From the NCBI GenBank assembly GCA_043827405.1, contig JBDRPD010000008.1:1-55636 (forward strand): a stretch of 55,636 nucleotides of DNA, in the 5' to 3' direction. A program made the translations under genes and the position numbers. Positions 43,501 through 52,230 of this stretch are shown in pieces. This DNA is from Elusimicrobiota bacterium (GTDB lineage Bacteria > Elusimicrobiota > Elusimicrobia > UBA1565). The notes below the pieces were generated by a model. That model did not search any database and was not told the origin of the DNA. It saw only the letters and a list, made by a program, of their open reading frames with translations. The first letter of the stretch is position 1; the number at the start of each line of letters is the position of its first letter.

Positions 43501-44066
43501 TAGTCGAAACGGTCCTTCTTGTGCGCGTAGTCCTTGCGCAGAGGATTCCCGACGATAAAATCGGGGGTTAAAATCTTCTTCAGGTTGGGATGTCCCTCGA
43601 ACGTCGTGCCGAACAGGTCGAAAATCTCGCGCTCCTGCCAATCCGCCGACTTGAACTCCCGCACGATGGACGGCAGCTTTCCCCCGTCGCGCGCGACCTC
43701 CGTCTTGAGGAAGACCGTCAGCCGGGCGCTGAAGTTCATCAGCGCGTACACGACCTCGATCGAATCACGGTACGGGTATTCCGGCGTTTTGCGCAGCGGC
43801 GCGATCTGCGGCGCCGCGCCGTCCGGCAGGAAGGGGTGGGGATTGGGGTCGCGCACGAAGCCTTCCATGCTGATGGGCCCGAGGTAGTCCACGCCGGTTA
43901 CCATATGGAGATAGCTGAAGCCGGCCTCCCTCTTGAGCCAGCCGACCACGGGCACGAGCGCGGCCGCCGGCAGGCGCAGCGTCAGATACTCCTTGACCTG
44001 GACCGGGTCCTTGGCGACCGCGGGGTAGGCGGCCGTAATCTTCGCTTCGAGTTCCGCCTGATCCAT
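43500..44066 (-). CDS. nuoC: NADH-quinone oxidoreductase subunit C
   Basis: VTGVDY, WQEREIFDLFG..FEGHPNL, PLRKDY. Confidence 0.96.
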   Translation of the reverse strand: MDQAELEAKITAAYPAVAKDPVQVKEYLTLRLPAAALVPVVGWLKREAGFSYLHMVTGVDYLGPISMEGFVRDPNPHPFLPDGAAPQIAPLRKTPEYPYRDSIEVVYALMNFSARLTVFLKTEVARDGGKLPSIVREFKSADWQEREIFDLFGTTFEGHPNLKKILTPDFIVGNPLRKDYAHKKDRFD

Positions 44067-44070
44067 AACT

Positions 44071-44619
44071 TCAGCCGATCCTCCGCGTCCCCCGCTCTTG
44101 CGGCGGCGCGGCGCCGGCTCCCTGTTCGATTTTCATTTTCTCAATACGGAGCTGCAGCTGGCGGAAACCGTACAGCAGCGCCTCCGGCCGCGGCGGGCAG
44201 CCGCCGATATAGACGTCGACGGGGATAATCTTATCAACCCCTTTCACGACGGAATAGGAATCGTAGTACGGACCCCCGCAGTTCGCGCATGAGCCGAAGG
44301 ACATAACCCAGCGCGGCTCGGGCATCTGCTTGTATATCCTGATAATCGGATCCGCCATCTTTTTGACCACGGTCCCCGTAATGAGCATGAGATCCGCCTG
44401 CCGCGGCACAGGCCGCGGAAAAACTCCCATGCGGTCGGAGTCGAAGCGCGCGGCGTAGGCGCCCATCATCTCGATCGCGCAGCAGGCGAGGCCGAACGTG
44501 ACCGGCCACATGGATGATTTCCGGACCCAGTTGATGAGCGCATTCGCGTTGGCCAAAACGCCGACGCCTCCCGGCAGCGGCCGCAGAATGCCGGGGACCT
44601 TCTCGAGCACGTTGCTCAT
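44071..44619 (-). CDS. nuoB: NADH-quinone oxidoreductase subunit B
   Basis: [32 protein letters not shown]. Confidence 0.98.
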   Translation of the reverse strand: MSNVLEKVPGILRPLPGGVGVLANANALINWVRKSSMWPVTFGLACCAIEMMGAYAARFDSDRMGVFPRPVPRQADLMLITGTVVKKMADPIIRIYKQMPEPRWVMSFGSCANCGGPYYDSYSVVKGVDKIIPVDVYIGGCPPRPEALLYGFRQLQLRIEKMKIEQGAGAAPPQERGTRRIG

Positions 44620-45011
44620 CGGTCTTCCTCCTCCGTCTTGGCCGCGGAGTACCGCGTATCCCAAACCAGGGCCCCCTTGAGCCACGCGTACACCAGCCCC
44701 AAAAACAGGATCGCCAGGAAAACCAGCATCTCGATAAGCGCCACCGGACCGACGTCGCGCACCACGACGGCCCAGGGGAAGACGAAAATCGTCTCGACGT
44801 CGAAGATCACGAACAGCAGAGCGAAAAGATAAAAGCGGATATTGGTTTGGAGCTCGGTGGTGCCGACCGCGTCCATCCCGCACTCATACGTCGTTTCCTT
44901 GACGGGATCATCCACCTGCGGGCGCAGCAGCCGCGCCGCGCCCATGGCGACGACGGAGAACACGACCGCGACCAGGGCAAAAGTAAAGAGCGTGACGTAG
45001 TCGAGCATCAT
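44616..45011 (-). CDS. nuoA: NADH-quinone oxidoreductase subunit A
   Basis: TYECG, FVIFDVE, KGALVW. Confidence 0.97.
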   Translation of the reverse strand: MMLDYVTLFTFALVAVVFSVVAMGAARLLRPQVDDPVKETTYECGMDAVGTTELQTNIRFYLFALLFVIFDVETIFVFPWAVVVRDVGPVALIEMLVFLAILFLGLVYAWLKGALVWDTRYSAAKTEEEDR

Positions 45012-45023
45012 AGCGTCATACCG

Positions 45024-46037
45024 TCAGTCGTCCTTCTCCTGAATCAGCACTTTGAACCGCTCGCCCATCCCGTCCGGGTGAAACAAGGTCTTGATTTGGT
45101 TTCTCTCCTTGACGTCGGCCACGCCGCCGCCCGCGGGCAGGCGATTCAGGATGCCGTGCTCCAGCAGGAACTTCCCGAGCGGCATAAACTCGGCGGTCTT
45201 CAGCCCGCAGCGTTCGCCTTCACGCATCAGCTGCGAAAAATCGACCGAAGACGTCAGGTCTTGGCGCCCCGGCCGGGCGGATAGATCGTCGCCTACCGTA
45301 TGCCGAAAGAATGACCGCGGCGGGTTGGGAGTGCCGGGGTCGAAGCGCTTTCCGTAATCGATGGTAATAACCGAACCCGCCTTCAGCAGCCGGGAGACGC
45401 GCAGCAGCCAGCTGTTCGCCTCCAGGTTCACCGCATGCCGCTGGCCTTCGTCCATGGACGGCGCGACCGCGCGGGCCGCATGCACCAGCGCCCGGCTCGA
45501 CAGCAGGCCCAGCTCGGTCTTCTCCGCCCGCTCCGGCGCCGCACCGCGCCGCACATACAGCTCGCGGACCCGGCCGTCCTTCTTCTCCAGCACGTGCACC
45601 GGCATCGCGTCGATAAGCTCGTTGGAATAGACGACGCCGCAGAAGGGCTGCACCTCTTCCAGCCGGGTGTAGCCCAGAAGCCGCGCGCCGGTGTCCTGGA
45701 GGTCGAGTATGCTCTGCAGCAGCACCCGCTCGACACGCTCCACCAGGATGACCCGCATACGGCTGAGCCATCGCGGATGACGCCGGCGGAAAAAAGTCAG
45801 GATTTGACGCGCCAAGCGGCCGTCGCCGGAACCCATCTCCATAAGAAACAGCGGCGCTGCGGGACGGGCCTTGGCCAGAGCCTCCAGCTTCGCGCAGATA
45901 ACGTCGGCCAGCACTTCGGCGAAAGCGGAATGGAGCTCGGGCGCGGTGTAAAAATCTTCGCGGGGTACCCGTCGACTGTAAAAACCTTCCTTTGGGTCGT
46001 ATAAGGAAATCTCCATAAAATCGCGGAAGGTAATCAT
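45024..46037 (-). CDS. MidA/NDUFAF7-family SAM-dependent methyltransferase
   Basis: ITFRDFMEISLYDPKEGFY, DFYTAPE, EMGSGDG, SNELIDAMP, IDYG, QDLTSSVDF, MGERFKVL. Confidence 0.92.
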   Translation of the reverse strand: MITFRDFMEISLYDPKEGFYSRRVPREDFYTAPELHSAFAEVLADVICAKLEALAKARPAAPLFLMEMGSGDGRLARQILTFFRRRHPRWLSRMRVILVERVERVLLQSILDLQDTGARLLGYTRLEEVQPFCGVVYSNELIDAMPVHVLEKKDGRVRELYVRRGAAPERAEKTELGLLSSRALVHAARAVAPSMDEGQRHAVNLEANSWLLRVSRLLKAGSVITIDYGKRFDPGTPNPPRSFFRHTVGDDLSARPGRQDLTSSVDFSQLMREGERCGLKTAEFMPLGKFLLEHGILNRLPAGGGVADVKERNQIKTLFHPDGMGERFKVLIQEKDD

Positions 46038-46083
46038 CAGCACGATAAGCCTAGCAAAATACAGCCTTTCCACTCAATTAGAC

Positions 46084-46126
46084 AGAAAACGTCCGCCCGG
46101 CGCCAACTGCTCGCGCCGAGCGGACG
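46084..46126 (-). terminator. Intrinsic terminator downstream of the histone gene
   Basis: 14-bp stem (46090-46103 / 46113-46126, one mismatch) followed by TTTTCT on the minus strand. Confidence 0.7.
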
Positions 46127-46150
46127 GTAAATGCTGGCTGGAAGGAAGAC

Positions 46151-46330
46151 TTAAAGGTCTTCGCGGCCGAGGGTCTTTCTTTTCCCCTCCGCCTTGACCT
46201 TCTCGATCGCCGCGGTGATGATCTGGTTGACCCGATCAGATAGGCCGGAGATGAAGTCTCCTCCGGTCCGCAGGCCCGCATCCTTCACAATTCCTTTAAT
46301 TTTGCTTGTTACGACCAGATTCTCTGCCAT
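46151..46330 (-). CDS. Bacterial histone-fold protein (Bd0055/HBb-like), 59 aa
   Basis: Manual translation MAENLVVTSKIKGIVKDAGLRTGGDFISGLSDRVNQIITAAIEKVKAEGKRKTLGREDL; RKTxxxxD motif; AGGAG SD 6 nt upstream; terminator downstream. Confidence 0.88.
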   Translation of the reverse strand: MAENLVVTSKIKGIVKDAGLRTGGDFISGLSDRVNQIITAAIEKVKAEGKRKTLGREDL

Positions 46331-46368
46331 GCCATGCTCCTGTCCTTCCTAGATGCCGCCAAAATCCA

Positions 46369-46441
46369 TGGCGCGGGGCGGAATTGAACCGCCGACCTAG
46401 CGCTTATGAAACGCCCGCTCTAACCCCTGAGCTACCGCGCC
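46369..46441 (-). tRNA. tRNA with CAT anticodon, probably elongator tRNA-Met; CCA not encoded
   Basis: GGCGCGG acceptor paired with CCGCGCC-A; D arm GCTC/GAGC; loop TTCATAA; T loop GGTTCAATTCC. Confidence 0.92.
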
Positions 46442-47509
46442 GTTATACAGTAATTCCGTCGGTACTGCAAGCGTTTTTCGCTCCCCCTCTGGAACCCCGT
46501 CGGACACCGAAATAGCCTTTGGTGTCCAAAAAGTGTCCATTCCAGCATCGAATTGAAGCATTCCCCGTCGCAAATGGTTCGCGGCCAAGTGCGCGTACCG
46601 TTGCGTCATCATTGGTGATTGATGCCCCAAAATTTTCTGCAGCGACGGCAAGTCGCCGGTCCTCATAACGTAATGCGACGCGAATGTGTGCCGCAAATCA
46701 TGGAAACGGAACTTATTAATCCCCGCGTCCATAAGCGCCCGGGAAAAAGCGCGCCGCAGCGTGATCTCTGGCACTTCGAACACTTCTCCCTCGGCCGCGG
46801 GCACCAACAAACTCAACGCTGCGGACAACTTCGGAGCGATCGGAATCTCCCTCGGCCTGCCGGACTTGGATTCTAACACATAGATGATTCCGCGCTCAAG
46901 GTCCACGTTCTCCCAACGCAAACCGAGGATCTCCCCCTTACGCATGCCGGTAAGCAAGGCGCAGATCAAAACCGGCCGGATGCGCGGATGGCAAACCATA
47001 AGTAGCCGGGCGATCTCGTCTTCGGAAAGGAAGCGCAGCCGGTGGTTCGGTTCCCGCTCTTGCTTAATCCTGGCGGCGGGATTTGCGCCTTCCAGCTTGC
47101 CCCACTCGATAGCCTTATTGAGCACGCTGCGCAGGAAGGCATGATGCCGGTTCGCCGTGGAGCTGCTGGCACGCTCGCGGACGGAATTCCGGTGCTCAAT
47201 CACCAGGGGGACCGTGATCCTGTCGAGCGGGTATTGGCCGAAGATGGCGACCAGTTCATTAAGCATGCCGGCATAGGAATCAGCCCGTCGGAAACGGCCG
47301 TGAAGCTTCCAGTAGTCGGCGGCAAAATCCCGAAACAGCATGGCGGGCTTCTGCCGCTTCAGGAAGAACCGGCCCTCTAGAATATCGGTTTTGCGCTTGG
47401 CCAAGGCCTGCGCCGCCCGCGTCTTATTGGTCCCGACCTTCTCCCGGATGCGTCTGCCTTCGAAATAGTAGTCAATGAACCAGTTCCCGCCCTTTCTGAT
47501 AACGCCCAT
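46397..47509 (-). CDS. Tyrosine recombinase/integrase
   Basis: N-terminal arm-binding domain; catalytic R (TGMRKGE), K (SKSG), HDLRH, LGH, RYAH; C-terminus extends into the tRNA. Confidence 0.96.
   Translation of the reverse strand: MGVIRKGGNWFIDYYFEGRRIREKVGTNKTRAAQALAKRKTDILEGRFFLKRQKPAMLFRDFAADYWKLHGRFRRADSYAGMLNELVAIFGQYPLDRITVPLVIEHRNSVRERASSSTANRHHAFLRSVLNKAIEWGKLEGANPAARIKQEREPNHRLRFLSEDEIARLLMVCHPRIRPVLICALLTGMRKGEILGLRWENVDLERGIIYVLESKSGRPREIPIAPKLSAALSLLVPAAEGEVFEVPEITLRRAFSRALMDAGINKFRFHDLRHTFASHYVMRTGDLPSLQKILGHQSPMMTQRYAHLAANHLRRGMLQFDAGMDTFWTPKAISVSDGVPEGERKTLAVPTELLYNGAVAQGLERAFHKR
46502..46539. repeat. Putative integrase arm-type binding sites
   Basis: GTGTCCA direct repeats at 46522-46528 and 46533-46539 plus inverted GGACACC at 46502-46508. 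Confidence 0.55.
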
Positions 47510-47614
47510 ATTTCTCCGCGATTATATAACTTATATTAAGGAAAGAGCCTCTATCCTCATATATACGAATAGACCTACTATTTGGTTCCCCATGCCGTCC
47601 GATAATTACTGGTT

Positions 47615-47821
47615 TTATTGAGGATGGAAAGTATTTTCACTTATCCAAGCGTTGATCCTGCTCTCCGGAAAACGCGTGAGCCTTCCGACCTTGGTATATG
47701 GGATTTTTCTCTGACTAACCCACGCCCTCACGGTCCAAGGCTTCACAGCCCCCAATTTGTGGCACACCTCTTCCAACGTCAAAAGCCGATCTGATAAGGG
47801 AACGACTGTCTTCGTCGTCAA
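47615..47821 (-). CDS. Excisionase-like HTH DNA-binding protein
   Basis: LLTLEEVCHKLG.VKPWTVRAWVSQRKIPYTKVGRLTRF...INAWI; directly upstream of int. Confidence 0.88.
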   Translation of the reverse strand: MTTKTVVPLSDRLLTLEEVCHKLGAVKPWTVRAWVSQRKIPYTKVGRLTRFPESRINAWISENTFHPQ

Positions 47822-48513
47822 TATTCGATCCTCCTGTTGATATAGACACGAACGCCCGTCTCCGCGTCGACCGAGATACTCGTGCTTACCTGCTGCCGCG
47901 CCAGCTCCAGCGACTGCAAAGCCTCCTGGGATACACCCTGAGCCGCCTGCGCGGCGATCGGATTGACCATGCTCGCGTCGAGGGCGACCTGGGTACCCGC
48001 CACGATGGAGCGCAGCACCGTATTGGCGACGGCCGAATCCTTATGCTTCTCGACTCGCCCCGCGATGCCGGCGCTGCCGTCAAGGGCGAGCGCCATGGCT
48101 GTGAGATTGATCTCATCCCCTTCAGGGAACACCATGGTATGGAATCGGATAAGGACCCGATCATGGCTCTTCACCACCGCCACCGAGCCGATCACCTTGG
48201 TCTTGGCCGGGATAACAACCTTGCGCAGATACACGATATCCCGCTCGACCACAGCCACGGCAGGCGTCTCCGTGTTGTAGGAATAGATCGCGGTCTCGAG
48301 CCTGGCCGGGAAGGTGAATCCCGTGGGCAGGAAATAGCGGCTATTGGTTTCCGCCTTCTTGGTAACACCTTGCCAGCGGGCTATCGCCTTCTTTTCGCTC
48401 TTTTCCCGAAGGGTCTGCTGCGGGACAACCGGCAGCAGCTCCTGAGCGGCCAGATGCGTTGCCGAAAAGAACAGCAAGCTAACGGTGAACAGACGGCGCC
48501 TAAAATATTTCAT
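47818..48513 (-). CDS. TrbI/VirB10-family protein (short, signal-peptide form)
   Basis: LPTGFTFPARLETAI, VVIPAKTKVIG, RVLIRFHTMVFPEG, DGSAGIAG. Confidence 0.82.
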   Translation of the reverse strand: MKYFRRRLFTVSLLFFSATHLAAQELLPVVPQQTLREKSEKKAIARWQGVTKKAETNSRYFLPTGFTFPARLETAIYSYNTETPAVAVVERDIVYLRKVVIPAKTKVIGSVAVVKSHDRVLIRFHTMVFPEGDEINLTAMALALDGSAGIAGRVEKHKDSAVANTVLRSIVAGTQVALDASMVNPIAAQAAQGVSQEALQSLELARQQVSTSISVDAETGVRVYINRRIEY

Positions 48514-48859
48514 AGTACTGGACGAACCGGAAGAACGCCCTCCGGTAGATCTCCTTGGCCACGATGTCCCGTGCGCTATCCGCGTCGGGCAGTTCCTTAA
48601 AGCAGAGCTTGTGCGAGAAGACGAAATCCAGGCAGGCGTTCATCACGTCCGACATGGACAGGGGGCTCCGTCCGATACTCCGGTGGCGGCTGTACTCCCG
48701 GGACAACCGTCTCAACTCGGCGACGTGCTCCTCGCGGAGCACGAACTTGTCGTGATCGTTCGAGTAGAGCCCCGATGAACTCTGCCGGAAGTCGAAGCGA
48801 AACAGCTGCTTCTTCTCGCCGGCGCGAAGAGGCGAAAGCTCCTCCAGCGGGAGCGCCAG
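48500..48859 (-). CDS. Hypothetical protein, possible ribbon-helix-helix; start uncertain
   Basis: KFVLREEHVAELRRLS...LSMSDVMNACLD; fills operon gap; only CTG 48859 or GTG 48742 in frame. Confidence 0.45.
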   Translation of the reverse strand: MALPLEELSPLRAGEKKQLFRFDFRQSSSGLYSNDHDKFVLREEHVAELRRLSREYSRHRSIGRSPLSMSDVMNACLDFVFSHKLCFKELPDADSARDIVAKEIYRRAFFRFVQYYEIF

Positions 48860-48876
48860 GGGATCATGCCGGTCGC

Positions 48877-49725
48877 TTAAAAAGGAAATTTGACCGGGGC
48901 CGACAGCGTCCTCAGCTTCTCCCCCTCCCCCGTGATCTCGATCTGAAGACGCGCGCCTGTTTCCGGGCGTGGGAACGCAATATAACCTTCCTGCCTCTTT
49001 CCCTTCTCCACGAAGTGCCGGGGAAAGGCCGGCGCGACCAGCCGCCCTGTGGCGCTCGACACGGCGGACTCCTTGATGAAGAAGTCCGTCGAAGCTTCGT
49101 TCGTTACTTCGACCTTGACGATGTATCCCTTGTTCCATCGGCTGATACCCCCTATTTTCAGTGTGACGCCGTCGGCACGGACCTGGTCGTTAAGCGGGAA
49201 CTTGGATAAATCCGTTTCGAACACATCCCGAATCTCATCGGGCGTGGGACCGGTCTTAGCTGTAAGCTCGATACGGGGAGCGGACCGCCGGCCCTTCGGC
49301 GTATCATCCGGGGCACGTCCCCTCTGCTTCATGGCGGGCATTTTCGGCTTCCTTGCACCGCCTCCGCCGCATGCGGCCTTGCCGCTCTTCTGCTTTATCG
49401 CCGCTTGCCGGACCAAGGCCCGGCAGGACTCTTGATGCTGAGCCAGAATGGCCTGCACCTGGGCCGCCGTGACGCAGTGCGGGATCAATCTCGCGATCTC
49501 GTCGGACGCGGGAAAACCAAAGGTGAATTCCCCATCGAAAGCCGGCGCAGGATTCCCGCCAAGCGCCTGCTCCGCCTTATGGCCAAAACTGGATGAAAAG
49601 CCCGCGAGCCGCGCATATGTAGTTTTAATATTCTCCCTTCCCGTGGTTATGCCGAAAACGACCACGGCCAGTACGCTTACCCCGACGAGAATCCAAAACA
49701 ATTTACTTTTCAGGTATTCGATCAT
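48877..49725 (-). CDS. T4SS membrane-anchored protein with C-terminal Ig-like (VirB9/TraN-like) domain
   Basis: N-terminal TM, Pro/Lys linker, C-terminal VTLKIGGISR...VKVEVTN beta sandwich; position between virB8 and virB10. Confidence 0.55.
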   Translation of the reverse strand: MIEYLKSKLFWILVGVSVLAVVVFGITTGRENIKTTYARLAGFSSSFGHKAEQALGGNPAPAFDGEFTFGFPASDEIARLIPHCVTAAQVQAILAQHQESCRALVRQAAIKQKSGKAACGGGGARKPKMPAMKQRGRAPDDTPKGRRSAPRIELTAKTGPTPDEIRDVFETDLSKFPLNDQVRADGVTLKIGGISRWNKGYIVKVEVTNEASTDFFIKESAVSSATGRLVAPAFPRHFVEKGKRQEGYIAFPRPETGARLQIEITGEGEKLRTLSAPVKFPF

Positions 49726-50471
49726 CGCTTAAACAAGCTCTCCTTAAAGTTCTCCACGAGCACGCCGTACGGCGCCTTTTCCGATCTAGGCGTTTTCTTC
49801 AGAATAATCTCATGCTCAAATACCTCCTCGCGCCCCGCCTTATCGGGGATGTAGGATCCGATCTCGCGATAACCCTTAATCCTGCATTCCAGATGCTCCG
49901 GCGTCTCGCGCTCCACGCGCAGCTCGGTCAAAACCAACCGCGTACGACGCTGCTCCGTTTTGAGAGCCTGGATCAGGCCCTCACTTTTCAGCATCCGGTC
50001 GGCCTTATCCTGAAATGACCGCGACATCATCCCGAAGGCCGAGCGCAGGTCCGCGTCATAGGTGTAGACGTTTAGCTCGACAAAGAACTTCTCAAAGAGA
50101 GCCAGGAAATTCTTGATCTCGACCTCGCTCACCGGCGGCTGCATCCCGGAATTCGCCACGACCTCCGCGCGTCCCGAGTCCGTCACCCGTATAACAACCG
50201 GAGGTCGGCCGGCCTGCACCCGCACTAGCAGCATGGCGAGAAGCGCTACCGTGACCGCGAACCAGAGCGCCGCCCATAGCGCCCTGTTAGCGCTCTCAAG
50301 GCCGCCCCAAACCTCGTAATAGGCGGACGCACCCAAAGACGCTTGGACGGAGTTTTGGACCAGTGCGCTGCCCTCGGCGCCGTCCCCGCCAGGTTTGCCG
50401 ATGCGCACCTCCCTCCCGAAACCGTCAAAGAGCCTGCCGAGCAGGGGGAACAATCGCTTGAACCCCATCAT
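49722..50471 (-). CDS. VirB8/TrbF-like conjugal transfer protein
   Basis: Single TM, PVVIRVTDSG, C-terminal PRSEKAPYGVLVENF. Confidence 0.78.
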   Translation of the reverse strand: MMGFKRLFPLLGRLFDGFGREVRIGKPGGDGAEGSALVQNSVQASLGASAYYEVWGGLESANRALWAALWFAVTVALLAMLLVRVQAGRPPVVIRVTDSGRAEVVANSGMQPPVSEVEIKNFLALFEKFFVELNVYTYDADLRSAFGMMSRSFQDKADRMLKSEGLIQALKTEQRRTRLVLTELRVERETPEHLECRIKGYREIGSYIPDKAGREEVFEHEIILKKTPRSEKAPYGVLVENFKESLFKR

Positions 50472-51520
50472 GAGTGCCCAGCTCCCTTCGGCCGGGAATC
50501 TGCATTCGGCTTCGAGGTATCGCGTTCAGCTCCATTGGCGGGGGCTTCGGATCGGTCGGGCTCGCTGTAGCGCTCGAACGTCCTGCGGTATACTGCGGTG
50601 GCGGTTGCAGCGAGAGGATGATAAAAGAAGCTCGTTCGCTCGCTTTCCGGTGCTCGTGCAATCTGCACGGCTTCCCGGCTCACAAACCGGCTCATGCCGA
50701 TAGTTTTGGCTGCGACCGCCGCCTGCCCGGCCGCGAACGCGGTAGCGCCAAATACGGCCAGATTCCCACCCGAGAGCAGCCGCGCCGCGATGAACGGGGT
50801 ACCCAGCACCATAACCAGGAATGTAACGTTCACGACGAACATTCCCAGAAAATCGTTCGCCATGCCCCGGTCCATGACCCCGGCCAGGGGTCCAAGGTTA
50901 AGCCATACGCGGACCACGAGCCGCAAGAAGAAGCTCCAAGAGGCAACTTGTATGGTGTTGGTCAGCCAGCCCTTTGTTATCTGGCCGCTCCTCTCGCCGA
51001 TCCCGCAAGCGATGGCTATAGGTCCGAAGGCGAATAGCAGACTCAGGAAGCAGCCCTGGAGCATCACGATCATGTCCCTGGATGTCACGGCCGCGAGACT
51101 GCTCAAAAACAGCACCATGCTCTGAATCGAGGTCGCCGAGTTGACCAGAATGGAGAGGGTCGGGAGCCGCGAGTCGCTCCCTTTAAGCGTCATGGTGAGA
51201 AATCCCCCCCATGCCTGCTCACTGAGGACCGCGCAGGACATGAGCTGCGAGACCCTTAAGATGAAGTGGAATATCCGACCGTAAGCCAATAGGCAGACTG
51301 CGACCATTAGAAGCCTTACCGCGAAGCCCTGATAGGTCGGGTATTCGCGGGGGCTTTGAGCGCCCGAAGCCTTGACGTTCATCTCCAGGAGTGTAAACGG
51401 AATCATGAAGGCCAACACGGCGACAGCGATCCCGCGTGTCAGCGCGGCGAGCCCACCGAGCTTTTGCGGGATAAGCGTAATATCGACCAGCAGATTGGGC
51501 GTCACGGCCGGCTCCACCAC
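50468..51520 (-). CDS. VirB6/TrbL-like polytopic conjugal transfer protein
   Basis: Multiple TMs, LLFAFGPIAIA...KGW motif. Confidence 0.75.
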   Translation of the reverse strand: MVEPAVTPNLLVDITLIPQKLGGLAALTRGIAVAVLAFMIPFTLLEMNVKASGAQSPREYPTYQGFAVRLLMVAVCLLAYGRIFHFILRVSQLMSCAVLSEQAWGGFLTMTLKGSDSRLPTLSILVNSATSIQSMVLFLSSLAAVTSRDMIVMLQGCFLSLLFAFGPIAIACGIGERSGQITKGWLTNTIQVASWSFFLRLVVRVWLNLGPLAGVMDRGMANDFLGMFVVNVTFLVMVLGTPFIAARLLSGGNLAVFGATAFAAGQAAVAAKTIGMSRFVSREAVQIARAPESERTSFFYHPLAATATAVYRRTFERYSEPDRSEAPANGAERDTSKPNADSRPKGAGHS

Positions 51521-52230
51521 GGACTGGCGGCGGCCGTCTCGCTATCCGATCCAGCGCCCGAGGCGCCGGGAACACGACGCTGAACGCTCTCCCTCAATTT
51601 CTGGATCATCTCCAATCGCTCCTTCTCTTTACGCATCTCTACGGCCAGATGCATGGTCTGGAGCTCGATAAGCCGCAGGTTGTCCTCATGAAGCTGGACC
51701 ATCATCTGGAACTGGAGCCCCTGCGCCTTGACTGAAAGGTTGGCCGCGTCCTTAGGGGAAAGTCCGCTGGCGTTCTCGGAAATCCGCACGCCCGTGTCCG
51801 CCTTCTGGATGAGCTTCGCCAAGCCGTCGCCCGTGTAGCGCATATTGCGGTAGATTTTCTGGTCTATACCCTGGAAGAACTTGTCCACCTTGGTGTCAGT
51901 GTTGTAGGTGTGGATGAAATCCCGGTCGATCTGGGCTTCGAGATCATAGGCCATCTGATCGCCCGCGACCTTAAGCCGCGTCTTTACGTTATGGAGGAGC
52001 CCTTGCCCCGAGTTCATTTGCTTGAACATCTGGTAATAGCGCATCGAGGAGTCGTAGTTCTGCTTCATGATCCGAATTTCCTCGATGACCTTGAGCTTGC
52101 GAAACGACTGATAGGCCATGTCCTTGGTGTACCAGACGCCGGCCAAAAAAGAATCCGCGCCGAACATGGCATGCGCCCGCGCCGGCGCCGCAAGCAGCAC
52201 CGCGAGAATAATCAAAGCCTTCAGCCTCAT
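51502..52230 (-). CDS. TrbJ/VirB5-like secreted helical protein
   Basis: Signal peptide ARAHA, helical Gln/Met-rich body; between virB4 and virB6. Confidence 0.6.
   Translation of the reverse strand: MRLKALIILAVLLAAPARAHAMFGADSFLAGVWYTKDMAYQSFRKLKVIEEIRIMKQNYDSSMRYYQMFKQMNSGQGLLHNVKTRLKVAGDQMAYDLEAQIDRDFIHTYNTDTKVDKFFQGIDQKIYRNMRYTGDGLAKLIQKADTGVRISENASGLSPKDAANLSVKAQGLQFQMMVQLHEDNLRLIELQTMHLAVEMRKEKERLEMIQKLRESVQRRVPGASGAGSDSETAAASPWWSRP

Noticed and set aside
42370..44619. Group 4 [NiFe]-hydrogenase interpretation of the nuoBCD genes
   Set aside because: Large subunit has DRWDY and DIVLGEVDR instead of the two CxxC nickel ligands; nuoA, J and K are present
46078..46281. Track ORF 46078..46281 (67 aa, minus)
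   Set aside because: Alternative frame overlapping the histone ORF; no SD, runs through the terminator, no motif
46369..46441. Initiator tRNA-fMet or tRNA-Ile2 identity
   Set aside because: G1:C72 is paired and the anticodon stem lacks three consecutive G:C pairs (not fMet); G at position 4 argues against Ile2, though this is not fully excluded
47521..47539. ATATAA-C-TTATAT palindrome overlapping the integrase -10
   Set aside because: Short and AT-rich; could be an operator but cannot be distinguished from chance
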